Of a DNA stretch of 64,000 bases, positions 51,851-62,852 are shown one piece after another (position 1 is the first letter of the stretch; each line of letters starts with the position of its first letter). The notes under the pieces are model-generated. The model saw only the letters and a program-made list of their open reading frames with translations, did no database searches and was not told where the DNA came from. The translations under genes and the position numbers were made by a program. This DNA is from an uncultured archaeon. GTDB lineage: Archaea > Thermoplasmatota > Thermoplasmata > Thermoplasmatales > Thermoplasmataceae. The stretch covers positions 1,248,001-1,312,000 of the forward strand of contig CP009479.1 of the NCBI GenBank assembly GCA_000965745.1. The letters are read 5' to 3'.

Positions 51851-53798
51851 GCACGCCGAGGAATACATATAATCAACCAATGTAAGTTTGGTACTGGAAA
51901 TTGCTGGTTTATCCAGTTAGCTACCAACGCAGTTAGTGGGGTGATCTACTGGCTGAAGTTGTTGGGATGCGAACCTGCAAGCCGTAGCGAGAGCGAACAC
52001 GATGTAGCACCGAGAGGTGTAGGAGGGAAGGCCGAAGATGTCGAACCGGCCTGAAGGCTATCATCGCATGGGAAGAGAACCAGAGGGCCATGCGGCTTCC
52101 CCGGTGTTTCAGTGGCGGCGGGCAGCGAAGGCCATGTGGGATAACTCGGGAGAACACACGGCGTCCTACCGTATTCATGGGGAGAGAATAGAGAGCTCTA
52201 ATGCGAGCCAATATTCGGGATACGAGCAGGTAGCCGGACCTATAACCCAAAAGGGAAATGGAGGCAATGCGCCGTGTGTAGTCGGAGTGGTTCATAGTAC
52301 TTATGACAGTGGGGACAGCATAACCTCACCAGAGGGAAGGGACCATACTCGGAACACGATCGTTCACAACCCGGGAGAGACCCATTCCCGAAAGGGTAGG
52401 AGGTCATAGCATGCTCGAAGGGTTGCAGGACGGTCTCTACCGGAGGGCTAAGGAAAACAAGGATGCTAGATTCAACACGCTCCATGACAAGATATACAGA
52501 ATGGACGTGCTGCAAGAGGCATGGAGACTGGTATGGGAAAACAGGGGATCGGAAGGTGTAGACAACCAGACGCTTGATGACATAAGAGAAGAAGGGATAG
52601 AACAACTGCTTGAACAGATACAGCATGAACTCAAAACAGGCACCTACAGGGCATCATGTGTCAGGAGGGTATTCATCCCGAAATCAAGCGGAAAACTCAG
52701 GCCGCTCGGTATACCAACAGTCAAGGATCGCATAGTGCAGCAGGCAGTTAAGTTGATCATTGAGCCCATATTCGAAGCAGATTTCTTGGAATTCAGCTAC
52801 GGATACAGGCCAAACAGATCGGCAAAAGACGCCTCTCTAGAAATATACAAGTGGCTCAACTACGGTCTCACCAACATAGTAGACGTCGATATAGAAGGCT
52901 TCTTCGACCACATAGATCATGAGCTTCTCCTCAAATTCGTGAAGGAAAGGGTCACGGACGGATACATACTTTCACTCATAAAACAGTGGCTCAAGGCGGG
53001 CATAGTATACGGAAAATCTGTGACAAATCCAACGGAAGGCACGCCTCAGGGGGTGTCATTTCTCCGTTGATTGCAAACACATATCTCAACAAGCTTGACC
53101 ACGCATGGGCTGAGATGAACATGGACAGCAATACAGGGCACAATGCGCACCTGATCAGATACGCGGATGATATTCTGGTGTTGACAGACGATGCACGCTC
53201 CTTCACCTTCAGTGGAAAGAATCACGCAAGGAACGTCATGAAGATCCTCTGGATGCTCGTAGGGAAGCTGAAGCTCAAATTGAGTGAAAGCAAATCCCGT
53301 ATAACAACCGCAGAGGAAGGTTTTGATTTCCTTGGGTTCCACTTCCTCAGGAGGTACTGGGAGAGATACGGAAAATGTGTATCCAGATTCTTCCCGTCGA
53401 AGAAATCTGAACTTAATTACAAGGCAAAGGTGAGTGAGATCACATCAAGACGACACGCGCACACAAAGAGCGAGGATGACGTAATCAGGGAATTGGACCA
53501 GCTCACAATAGGCTGGACAAACTACTATAACCACAGCCATGCATCGGAAACGTACGCAAAGCTCTGGAATTTCCTCTGCTGGAGACTAACGCAGTTCATC
53601 AGGTACAGGCACAAGCGCCGTAGCCTCGCTGTGGATTACGTCAGGCTGCGATCCTATGGCCTCATGCCCCCATACGGAAGAATAAGGCATAATTATACCG
53701 TGTGCCCACGGTGAAGTTCCCCGGATAGCCGGATTCGGGAAAACTGACAGTCCGGTTAGAGGCGGAAGGGTCAGGAGAAATCCTGATCTTTACCCCAC
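51851..53798 (+). mobile_element. Group II intron (inner) with RT/maturase and no endonuclease domain
   Basis: DV 53726-53758 (AGC triad), DVI ending TTTACCCCAC with bulged A; 5' end inferred at GCACG followed by CCGAG pairing with CTCGG at about 52145; 5' boundary less certain. Confidence 0.85.
52411..53714 (+). pseudogene. ltrA: Group II intron reverse transcriptase/maturase, frameshifted in a G run near 53050
   Basis: RPLGIPTVKDRIVQ, SYGYRP, DIEGFFD, GTPQG/GVISP split, RYADD, GFDFLGF, domain X. Confidence 0.93.
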
Positions 53799-53894
53799 GG
53801 GAACTGGAAATGGAGTCAGAGGATAACCGCAATGACTGGTTGTCATGGTATTGTTAGGAAACTCTGTGACCACTGCACTTGCTCTATACTCGAC
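53799..53894 (+). ncRNA. Probable domain VI and 3' end of the outer group II intron
   Basis: GGGAACTGGAAATGGAG...stem...CTATACTCGAC resembles a long DVI with a branch A 7 nt from an AC end. Confidence 0.55.
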
Positions 53895-55327
53895 TGACCG
53901 CACACATAACTGACCTATTACGGTTGTAACCCCATATGAAACCCAACGTTGTTGTGTCACTTCCGCCATATAGTGACCCAGTGTCAGAACGAGGCTGAAA
54001 TTGGCCTCCTGTAGACATCCAAATAGTTACAGTGTATGTAAACGACTCGTATGTTGACTGGCTTGGTTGGAAGTTGAATTGATCCGAACTTGATTGCATT
54101 CCGAAAATATAAGCGTTCTTAAAAGTCGGGATAAAGCCCCACTTAAGGTAAGTGGATCCAATCAAATTGTAACCATATCCAGTAGCGGAGGTCCACTGAC
54201 CTGCATCTTGATTGAATATCCAAGAGTTATAATAGATCGTATCCACAGACCCTGCACTTACGACACCAAACGGGCTTATCAAAGGTACGTCGTAATAGGT
54301 TGCCACCGCAGAAATAGCTGCCCAAACAAGATCTGCAACTATCAGGGAGAGGGCACTCGAATTACCATGCTCCTGCATATCAACATTTGTCACATGAATC
54401 TTTAGCCCTTGTGGTTTGTTGCTTGGATTGTTTCCTAAAGTGTCCCCCGTCCATTTGTAAGCTTGGTTTATTTGGTTTACTCCGAAGGATGTTTGTATAG
54501 GCTGTATCGTAGTAGCTGCTTCTAAAGCAAAATTATTGTCTTCCCACTCATAATCCGAAGGTACTCTTGCGCTAAGCATAAACTTCGCTATCAGGTTCCC
54601 AGAGCTGTCGTATATCGGAGTTTTGCCAGTAGTAAACTTGTATTGACCAATTGTAGGATCAATAGTATAGGTCGCATTTCCCGGAATTTTGATGGGCGCA
54701 AAAACAAGTGTGATGTAATTTGCACCACTTGCCATAATAACGGACCCGGCAACAAAATTTGACTCCGCCCCGAGCCACGATAGAAACAACCCATTAGACC
54801 CGATCATGTAACTACCATGTGATATAGCGTAAGTTTTGCTTTGGTGTTTTCCGTTGAAATCAAATTGACCAGAGCTATTAAACCTCTTGACTGCAATAGT
54901 ATTTGAAGCAGGCATCTTTATATGTTCTACGACAATAAATGTGCTATTATGTGGTTCCTTGTTTGTTATTATAAGACTCTGCTCTAAGTCTGCCATGGTG
55001 ACAGAGTTCACTGTTCCGATCTTTGCAGTGGAGTAATTAGCACTTCTATAGATGTAGGTATGACCCTTCGGACCTTTTATTTGGGGATGCCCCAAGTTCA
55101 TGGGTAGCAAATGTTTTCCTCCGGCGACCATCTGATATACGGACCAAGATTGCTTGACATGCGATGTTCCTAGGCTAAATGAATTTTGGGACGATGTAAA
55201 CGTTAGAGTCGCAGGACCTTCTGGATAGCCGTGCGTGGTGGCATCAACGGCTAAAAATGTCAACCCACCTGTCACCATAATTACGGGCACAGCTAATGCA
55301 AGAAATTTTTTTTGTGTTCCCTATCAT
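53884..55327 (-). CDS. Secreted Ser/Thr/Asn-rich cargo protein; signal peptide frameshifted in an A8 tract
   Basis: 468-aa open frame; removing one A at 55306-55313 gives MIGNTKKFLALAVPVIMVTGGLTFLAVDA from ATG 55327. Confidence 0.7.
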
Positions 55328-55445
55328 TTCTTTCAATACACCACGCAATAACTTTATAGAAATCTTTTTCTATACCATCACTTAGTATTAAAACTCTCCA
55401 CAAAACTTAACTTCGATAGTTTATTAACTTGATTTGGGTACGTTT

Positions 55446-56042
55446 ATGCGTGCAAAAAGAAAGAATAGCGTGAAAATATTGATAGCTATAATTCTTGCCG
55501 TTGCGGTGATAGCCCTATCAAATATTATAACGGCGCCACCAAACCTGCACCCCTCGAAAGTTTCCATATCTACTCCTTTGAATCAAGTGAATGTCTCCAA
55601 ATATAGTATATTCATGGATCCCATGGGCAGTAATACTACCTTTCAGATTGGTGGGCCTCATGCTTCCTCTAGTTATATTGCTTGGATAAATGGCCCTACA
55701 AATTACGTAGGGTCAGGAAATAATTTTGGTGTGCAAGTCTATTTGATGCAAACCTCACAAAATGTTACATCCTTATTCACAGGCAGCTCAATAAATGTTA
55801 TCCATGCAAGGTATATTCCTAATCGAGGCAATACGGTAACTTCCTATTCCGAAACTGCATACCCTGGTAGTGTGGGAGATTCCGGCATAACGATCTCCTT
55901 TAACGATCTAAGCAACGTTAACACCACGTCAACAGCAACTGTTAATATAACATTAGTTGAAGAGTCGATAATTGGCCCCTTTCATATATGGGGGCAGCAA
56001 AAGAATATTTCTTTGTCTTTAGAATTCAATATGACAAGGTAG
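55446..56042 (+). CDS. Membrane-anchored extracellular protein, divergent from the secreted protein gene
   Basis: Basic N-terminus, one TM helix, S/T/N-rich body with several N-x-S/T sites. Confidence 0.7.
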   Translation: MRAKRKNSVKILIAIILAVAVIALSNIITAPPNLHPSKVSISTPLNQVNVSKYSIFMDPMGSNTTFQIGGPHASSSYIAWINGPTNYVGSGNNFGVQVYLMQTSQNVTSLFTGSSINVIHARYIPNRGNTVTSYSETAYPGSVGDSGITISFNDLSNVNTTSTATVNITLVEESIIGPFHIWGQQKNISLSLEFNMTR

Positions 56043-56074
56043 GGATAACATTACTTGCAAATACCCACCTTAAG

Positions 56075-56635
56075 GTCTTTTTATCTTCTCCGGGCTCTTC
56101 ACGCTTCTCATGCCCCGGATCTGAAACGATGAATGTTGCATCCTGTGCCGGTCCTCGCTTCACCTAGATGCCCTTTGCTTCCAACTGCCTCTGGAGCTCG
56201 TTCCATATGACACGATCCTTTCCCGTTTCCGATAATCTCTCCCTGAAGTACAATATTGTGCGTGCATCCGGCTTCTCAGTGGTAAAATCAAGGAAATTCA
56301 TGAAAGATATTCTGTCGTGAATCTCCTTCTCGGCCTTTTCGTCAGTGAGGTTGTACAGGTTCTGCAGATACAGCACCTTGACCATTGTTATGATGGGAAT
56401 ATTCGGCCTTACTCCATTCTCTGTTTCATTGTGATACAGATCCTTGAGGAGTGGAGGGAATCTGGACCAGTCAATTGATTCCTTGGCGAATTCCAGGTGA
56501 TCATTGGCAAATATTGCTTGTACTTCCCCCTTAGAGCTGTGTAATGAGGGTCACTCATACAGTAACATGGCTGATTCATGAATAAAGATGACTGTTACTG
56601 GACCTGTTAATCTTGGGATGTTTTTGGAAATTCTC
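56075..56635 (-). pseudogene. IS5-family transposase remnant (5' part)
   Basis: IDWSRF...RP.......MVKVLYLQNLYNLTDE...DRISFMNFL...PDARTI, in-frame stop, QDATF; GAGAATTTCCAAAAAC terminal-like sequence at 56635. Confidence 0.75.
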
Positions 56636-56882
56636 ACGAGTCTCAAGCCATAGCAGACTTACAATTTTTCGTTGCGAGATGTTATCCATATTTTTGACAA
56701 TGCCCCCTTTAAAACAATGTTACCTACAGAGCAGCAGTCAAGGCAAGCCTGAAAGGGTTATCCCAGCCAGTTTCAACTACTCTTTACTTTTTCTTCATTA
56801 ACATTTTAGATGGATAGTTACGGTTTGAACTGTATTTGACTGAAACTCTAACGTTATTGATATGCCCGCACTAAACTAATGA

Positions 56883-58347
56883 CCTGACTTTCTCCTATCT
56901 TTTATACACTAGGTTCCTGATCTCCTCCTGTTTCTTTGACAGTTCAACATTTGCACCCCACTCCATGCCGGATTCAGAATCTTTCAGCTCAACCCTGTAC
57001 CCATGGCTAAGGATGTCAAGTGCATCCGATCCGGAGATTCCTGTCTTTTCTATCCTGTACTGCAGTGTCGCAAGGATGGCGTACGAGAGATAGCAGATCT
57101 TTATGTGCGCATTCACGTGGGAGAGCATCCAGAACCTCACTGGCCTTAGGGACAGTATGCCCTTCATCTGTTTGAACGCCCTCTCCACCACATTCTTGGC
57201 ATAGTATTTTTTCACAACATCCGCATCTTCCATGCCTGTGTTGTGATATATGAGCGAATATCCCAACAGGGACGCGATTTCCTCATCCTCAGAGTGATCG
57301 TAATAATGCTCCCTCCTGATGGATTCAAGATACGGATTGTACACAACAATGAGTTTTCCGGACAGGAAGTCCATGGATTGCGTATAGACATGCGTGTTTC
57401 GCAGCTCGATGCGATTTCCCTTCCTGTATACCCTGCTTTTGTCGATCTTGAGCAGAATGTCCCTGAAACTCTTATTCTTCACGACGCCGCATATTATCTT
57501 CATGCGAAGCTCAAGTGCATCATCTATATTCTTCCGGGAATAGAAGCCACGGTCCAGGATGACTGCTGAATAGCCCTTCTCCTTCAGCAGTGAGATCATC
57601 TCCCTGTACATTCGTTTTCCGGAGATATTTCCTCCGTGCGTGCGGTGGAAGAGCGGAAAACCATGATCCTCTGTGACAGCAAGGGCGATCTGCACCAGCT
57701 TCTTCACCTTCTCCTCCTTGCCCCTGCGTGCCTTGCCTTCAATGCTGTCACCTTCGAAATATGTGTCTGTTACATCGATTATGACTGCATTCCTGTCATC
57801 AATGGACGAGAAGATTCCTGACAGTGATTCCTCCATCCTGGAGAAATCCATCTCATTCAGGGTGTCCAGGGAATCGTAAAGCCTTGCTGTACTTGTGGCT
57901 TTGATGCCAAGGATATCAAGCATGTCCGTGTATGAGAGCCACTCCTCCATCCTGTTGATCGACGGACGATCAAGAAGCTGCGAATACACAAGGATCAGGA
58001 TCTCACTGTCGAGACTGGTGATTCCCAGATCAGAGGCGATCCTGTGGATTATTTCAATGTCAAGATGCTTCCGGACTGCCTGTACCTGTACGGAAGAGGA
58101 CATGATCCTCCTGACCACCTCTCCCTCAACGTCCTTGCCTATGTACCTGATGACCTTCTGCCTGGTTCTGCCATTCTCCCACACAGATTCCACCTCGGCA
58201 AGATATGTCCCTGAAGGCTTCTTGATCTTCCGTATGAAGGACATGATGTATAAGATATACATCATGCAGTTATTAAAGCTATCTACAATAAAGCAGTGAA
58301 TAACAAGGTCACAAAGCATGATGTATAAAATGGGTCAAAAACTTAGG
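56883..58347 (-). mobile_element. Complete IS1634-family-like insertion sequence
   Basis: Imperfect IRs CCTGACTTTC / CCTAAGTTTT; 6-bp target duplication TAATGA at 56877-56882 and 58348-58353. Confidence 0.85.
56895..58244 (-). CDS. DDE transposase (IS1634-like)
   Basis: MSFIRKIK...YLAEVES, IDVTDTYFEG, LDRGFYS, VERAFKQMK..L.LRP, AHIKICYL. Confidence 0.88.
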   Translation of the reverse strand: MSFIRKIKKPSGTYLAEVESVWENGRTRQKVIRYIGKDVEGEVVRRIMSSSVQVQAVRKHLDIEIIHRIASDLGITSLDSEILILVYSQLLDRPSINRMEEWLSYTDMLDILGIKATSTARLYDSLDTLNEMDFSRMEESLSGIFSSIDDRNAVIIDVTDTYFEGDSIEGKARRGKEEKVKKLVQIALAVTEDHGFPLFHRTHGGNISGKRMYREMISLLKEKGYSAVILDRGFYSRKNIDDALELRMKIICGVVKNKSFRDILLKIDKSRVYRKGNRIELRNTHVYTQSMDFLSGKLIVVYNPYLESIRREHYYDHSEDEEIASLLGYSLIYHNTGMEDADVVKKYYAKNVVERAFKQMKGILSLRPVRFWMLSHVNAHIKICYLSYAILATLQYRIEKTGISGSDALDILSHGYRVELKDSESGMEWGANVELSKKQEEIRNLVYKR

Positions 58348-58466
58348 TAATGAGACCTCATAGTATCAAGTTATTCCGATAACGAACACGAACAAGGTCG
58401 AGAACCGGTTGCCCAAGAGACAACAGGGCAGCGAGAAGAGTAGCTTCACTGACGAGGCACATCGAC

Positions 58467-59339
58467 GTGCTGAATCCAAAACAGGGAGAGGTCAACACAT
58501 ACTTCCAGAAGAGGATAAGAGACACATCACTTTCAAAGACCACGATCATAGCTGAAGTGAATGATCTCAGACTGTTCTGGAATGGATACCTTGAGCTAGG
58601 AATAAAGCTCCTTCCGTTAAAGACACCTCCAGAGAAGGACGTATGGATACCAACTGACCAGGAGGTTATCAGGATAATGAAGGCAGCGGAGCATTCAAGC
58701 GCTGACAAGGGAATAGCGCTCAGGAATTCACTGATCACCAGGATGTTCTTCCTCGGCTGCATGAGAGTTGGGGAAATGATGAGGATCCGCTTAAACGACG
58801 TAGATTTTGAGTTGGGCGGTGTCAATATCAGGTCAGAAAAGGGTGAAGCTGATCGTTTTGTCGGTTTCCATCCGGACATCTTGAAAGACCTGAAAACTTA
58901 ATTGAATGTTTACAGACCCCGCACTACATTCACTCAGCTCTGGATCGCGACGAAAAAGGGAAAAACCCAGAGTTCTGTGGAGCCTATCACCTACGCTGGG
59001 CTTCGGAAGCTATCCAAGGTCATGGGGCTTTCCGCAGGCGTGACCCAATTCCATTGGCATGCTGCGAGGCACTGGGGCGCAACAGCCTATCTATATGGGC
59101 GTCTGGGAGTACCACCGTTGGGAATCAGATCGGTTCAAAAACTTCTCGGTCATGTGTCATTAAAGACGACTCAGAGGTATACTCACGTCACAGACAGGGA
59201 CGTTGCAAAAGAGGTGATATCCGCGCAAAGAAAATTATTTCGCGGGCATGAAAAAAATGAGGGATTAAGGGGCGTGAAAGCCCCTATACCGAACCCTATG
59301 GGGCTGACCGGGTTTGAACCGATGACCACCTGGTTATGA
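58467..59339 (+). pseudogene. Tyrosine integrase with in-frame nonsense codon at 58899-58901
   Basis: GCMRVGE (R), KG, HAARH (HxxR), LLGH and TTQRY; the two ORF-track pieces are contiguous in one frame. Confidence 0.9.
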
Positions 59340-59372
59340 GCCAGGCGCTCTACCTAGCTGAGCTACAGCCCC
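59299..59372 (-). tRNA. tRNA with CAT anticodon, probably tRNA-Ile(CAU)
   Basis: GGGGCTG acceptor stem, CCTGG-CTCATAA-CCAGG, A73; lacks initiator features; Ile versus elongator Met is an inference. Confidence 0.9.
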
Positions 59373-59374
59373 AG

Positions 59375-59447
59375 CGCCGCTGGTCGGATTCGAACCGACG
59401 ACCGCTCGGTTAACAGCCGAGTGCTCTACCAGCTAAGCTACAACGGC
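59375..59447 (-). tRNA. tRNA-Asn(GTT)
   Basis: GCCGTTG...CTCGG-CTGTTAA-CCGAG...GTTCGAATC; 2 nt upstream of the CAT tRNA. Confidence 0.96.
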
Positions 59448-59476
59448 AATGTAACACGGAAAGGTCTCAAAACTCT

Positions 59477-60541
<1,065 letters not shown>

Positions 60542-60556
60542 TTACCGGTAAAAATG

Positions 60557-61060
60557 TCAGATCCCACTGACAAGCTCGATTTTGTATCCCTTGATCTGGA
60601 GTATGTTTGAGCGCTTTACAATTCCTCTAAGCAGAGTTTGTGAAATGGACAGCTTTTCGGCAACATCTCCAACAAACACCCCCTTCTCGGCGCCCATCAT
60701 CTCCTTGATCTGGCCTTCGTAGTCCACAAGCTGCTCTTCCTTGAGTGTCGTAGCATATATGATATCTGCCAGGTCGCTCATGGATCCGATTAAGTTGATC
60801 TGGACACTAGTGTAGTATGTGTGATAAGCCTTTTCGGGACCTTTTTCTCCTGTCATCCACTGACTCTCTATGAGCTTTATCTTGTCCAGGTACAGAAGGG
60901 CCCTCTTGCCTTCCACTCCGTATTTTTCCTCAATCTTTGGCATAGTGACCCAATTTGTGGAAAGATCTAGCATAAGTCTCCTCTTAACATCAGTATCGGC
61001 CGCATGAAAAATTGAGACAAGCTCTCCAACGTCATTAACTACTTTTATACGGCTTACCAT
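60557..61060 (-). CDS. Archaeal ArsR-like/winged-HTH protein
   Basis: VND..ELV...LIESQW...PEKAYHT.Y pattern; start at ATG 61060. Confidence 0.7.
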   Translation of the reverse strand: MVSRIKVVNDVGELVSIFHAADTDVKRRLMLDLSTNWVTMPKIEEKYGVEGKRALLYLDKIKLIESQWMTGEKGPEKAYHTYYTSVQINLIGSMSDLADIIYATTLKEEQLVDYEGQIKEMMGAEKGVFVGDVAEKLSISQTLLRGIVKRSNILQIKGYKIELVSGI

Positions 61061-61606
61061 TCTAACGATATTAAAAGATGAAATATAATTATTTCCAACG
61101 TTAGAGATATTTTTGCTTCTCACGTTCCGCGCTAGCTTGTAGCTAGGCAGAGACAACATTATTGATCCTAACTGATCAAGTCTTCTTTCAGGACCAGCCC
61201 CTGACTACTCCTTGAACTTTACCTTAGGCGTCTGAACAGGTTGGACCAGAAAACTCTGAACATATTTTCCCCGACATAGGGGCTTATGCAGCAAAAATTG
61301 CCGGGAATAAAATCTCAGACATTCTGGTGAATATTGCTACAAGAACGATCGGCATAAAGACAGCAAGGCTTAGGACAATGTCCTTTATCAATCCACCAAT
61401 GTCTTTCTTGCAGGCTACTTTTGGCACTCGATTTCCTCATTGATAATATTCTGTCTTAAACCACATTTTCTTGAATATAACTTTGTACCGATACGCAACA
61501 GAAGCCTTCATTCTCATCAGTGAATACAGCTTTCACCTGCGCTTAAGGAATCTTGCTATGCGGAATCACAACATGTTGACTGGATACTGTGACGTCAATC
61601 TTACAC

Positions 61607-62104
61607 TTACTCGGGCTCATCTTTCTGCATTATCTTAAAAATGCTGTCCAAGACATCTTTCCTGCTTATGACTCCGACAATCTTCCCGTCGTCGACCACA
61701 GGCATCCTGTTTATCCTGTATTTGGAGAGGTAATGGAGCGCCACTTCTATGTTGTCATCTGATTTTACAGTTATGACCTTCTTCCACATGACATCCTTCA
61801 CGGGCGTTTCCCCTATCTTTTTCGCCTCAGCCTCAAATTTGCCGGCGTCGCTTCCGGTTGGTTCATAGAGGAACACTGCATCAAAGAGGGAGAGGTGGAG
61901 GGGGAGCCCAGAAGAAGCAAAATTTTCCTTGATTTTACTGATTATGTCCCTCTCTGTAACGAAGCCTGTCAGGTTGTTGTCCCGGTCAACTACCGGAGCT
62001 CCGGATACTGAATTGGACAGAAGGACTTTGGTCGCTTCCTGTAGTGTCATATCCTCACTGAGAACTATCACATCAGTACTCATGAAATCCTGAACAAGAG
62101 CCAT
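61607..62104 (-). CDS. CBS-domain pair protein
   Basis: VQDFM...SGAPVVD...GFVTERD; VKDVM...RMPVVD..IVGVISRKD. Confidence 0.92.
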   Translation of the reverse strand: MALVQDFMSTDVIVLSEDMTLQEATKVLLSNSVSGAPVVDRDNNLTGFVTERDIISKIKENFASSGLPLHLSLFDAVFLYEPTGSDAGKFEAEAKKIGETPVKDVMWKKVITVKSDDNIEVALHYLSKYRINRMPVVDDGKIVGVISRKDVLDSIFKIMQKDEPE

Positions 62105-62113
62105 GTTAAACCC

Positions 62114-62500
62114 TTACTTCTTTCTTCTCTTCACGTCGTAGAGGAACATTTTGTCATATTCCACGGAAACCTTGATCTTCTTTGCCTTCAGGATTTTGGC
62201 CATCCTTTCTGTTATGTCCTTGATATCCTCGGACATCAGTCCCCTGTAGATGATCATTTCCCTGTTCCCGAGGGGAAAAACCATCCTGAATTTGGCCCCT
62301 TCCTTTGTATAGCCAATTGGCTTCTTGTTCTTCCCAATCTCTTCCTTGTTCAATTCGAGGTAAAGGGAATCATACTGAGCCTCCTCCTGGTTCTGCTTAG
62401 TTTCTTTTGTTATTGCATCCCACATATCAGGGAATGCTTTATCGAGGTTTTTCCACTCGAAACCTTCATCAAAATATATATGGCCACTCCAGTTTTTCAC
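62114..62500 (-). CDS. Hypothetical protein
   Basis: 128-aa ORF in operon-like spacing with the CBS gene. Confidence 0.65.
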   Translation of the reverse strand: MKNWSGHIYFDEGFEWKNLDKAFPDMWDAITKETKQNQEEAQYDSLYLELNKEEIGKNKKPIGYTKEGAKFRMVFPLGNREMIIYRGLMSEDIKDITERMAKILKAKKIKVSVEYDKMFLYDVKRRKK

Positions 62501-62661
62501 AACATTTCATATTAAAATCATTATTTAATCTTGCCCTCTCCACATAGGACCTTAAAGGCATGCTTAATTGACACCACATGTCATGGTGTTCGTTGCAAGC
62601 GCTCTGTCATGAGATGACGGCGAAACCATTAAAAGTCTGATGATTATAATCTGTGCACAAT

Positions 62662-62734
62662 AGCTCCGTGGTGTAGTGGCCAAGCATTACGGGCTCTGGA
62701 CCCGTCGACGGCAGTTCGAATCTGCCCGGAGCTA
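62662..62734 (+). tRNA. tRNA-Gln(CTG)
   Basis: AGCTCCG acceptor stem, ACGGG-CTCTGGA-CCCGT, GTTCGAATC. Confidence 0.96.
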
Positions 62735-62852
62735 TCTCACAGAATACATTGAAAGACAGCATGCAGGTGCATTCAACACCTCAACATTGTTTCGCAGTTG
62801 TCGCTCCCCGATTAAGGAAAATAATATACTTATCGGACATTTACCAGTTCTT

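Larger units (their letters stand above)
50681..59313. mobile_element. Decaying integrative element (about 8.6 kb) in the 3' end of tRNA-Ile(CAU)
   Basis: 16-bp direct repeat ATGGGGCTGACCGGGT at 50681-50696 and 59298-59313 (tRNA 3' end); tyrosine integrase at the tRNA-proximal end. Confidence 0.88.

Noticed and set aside
52411-53714. RT as a retron, DGR or CRISPR-associated RT
   Set aside because: It has YADD, domain X and flanking DV/DVI, and lies over 40 kb from the cas genes; it is a group II intron protein.
61061-61606. Long intergenic gap as a possible ncRNA or pseudogene (also 23894-24119)
   Set aside because: No fold, repeat or protein motif that I could support.
62676-62852. N-terminal extension of ORF 62676-63338
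   Set aside because: It overlaps tRNA-Gln; the start is better placed at 62853.
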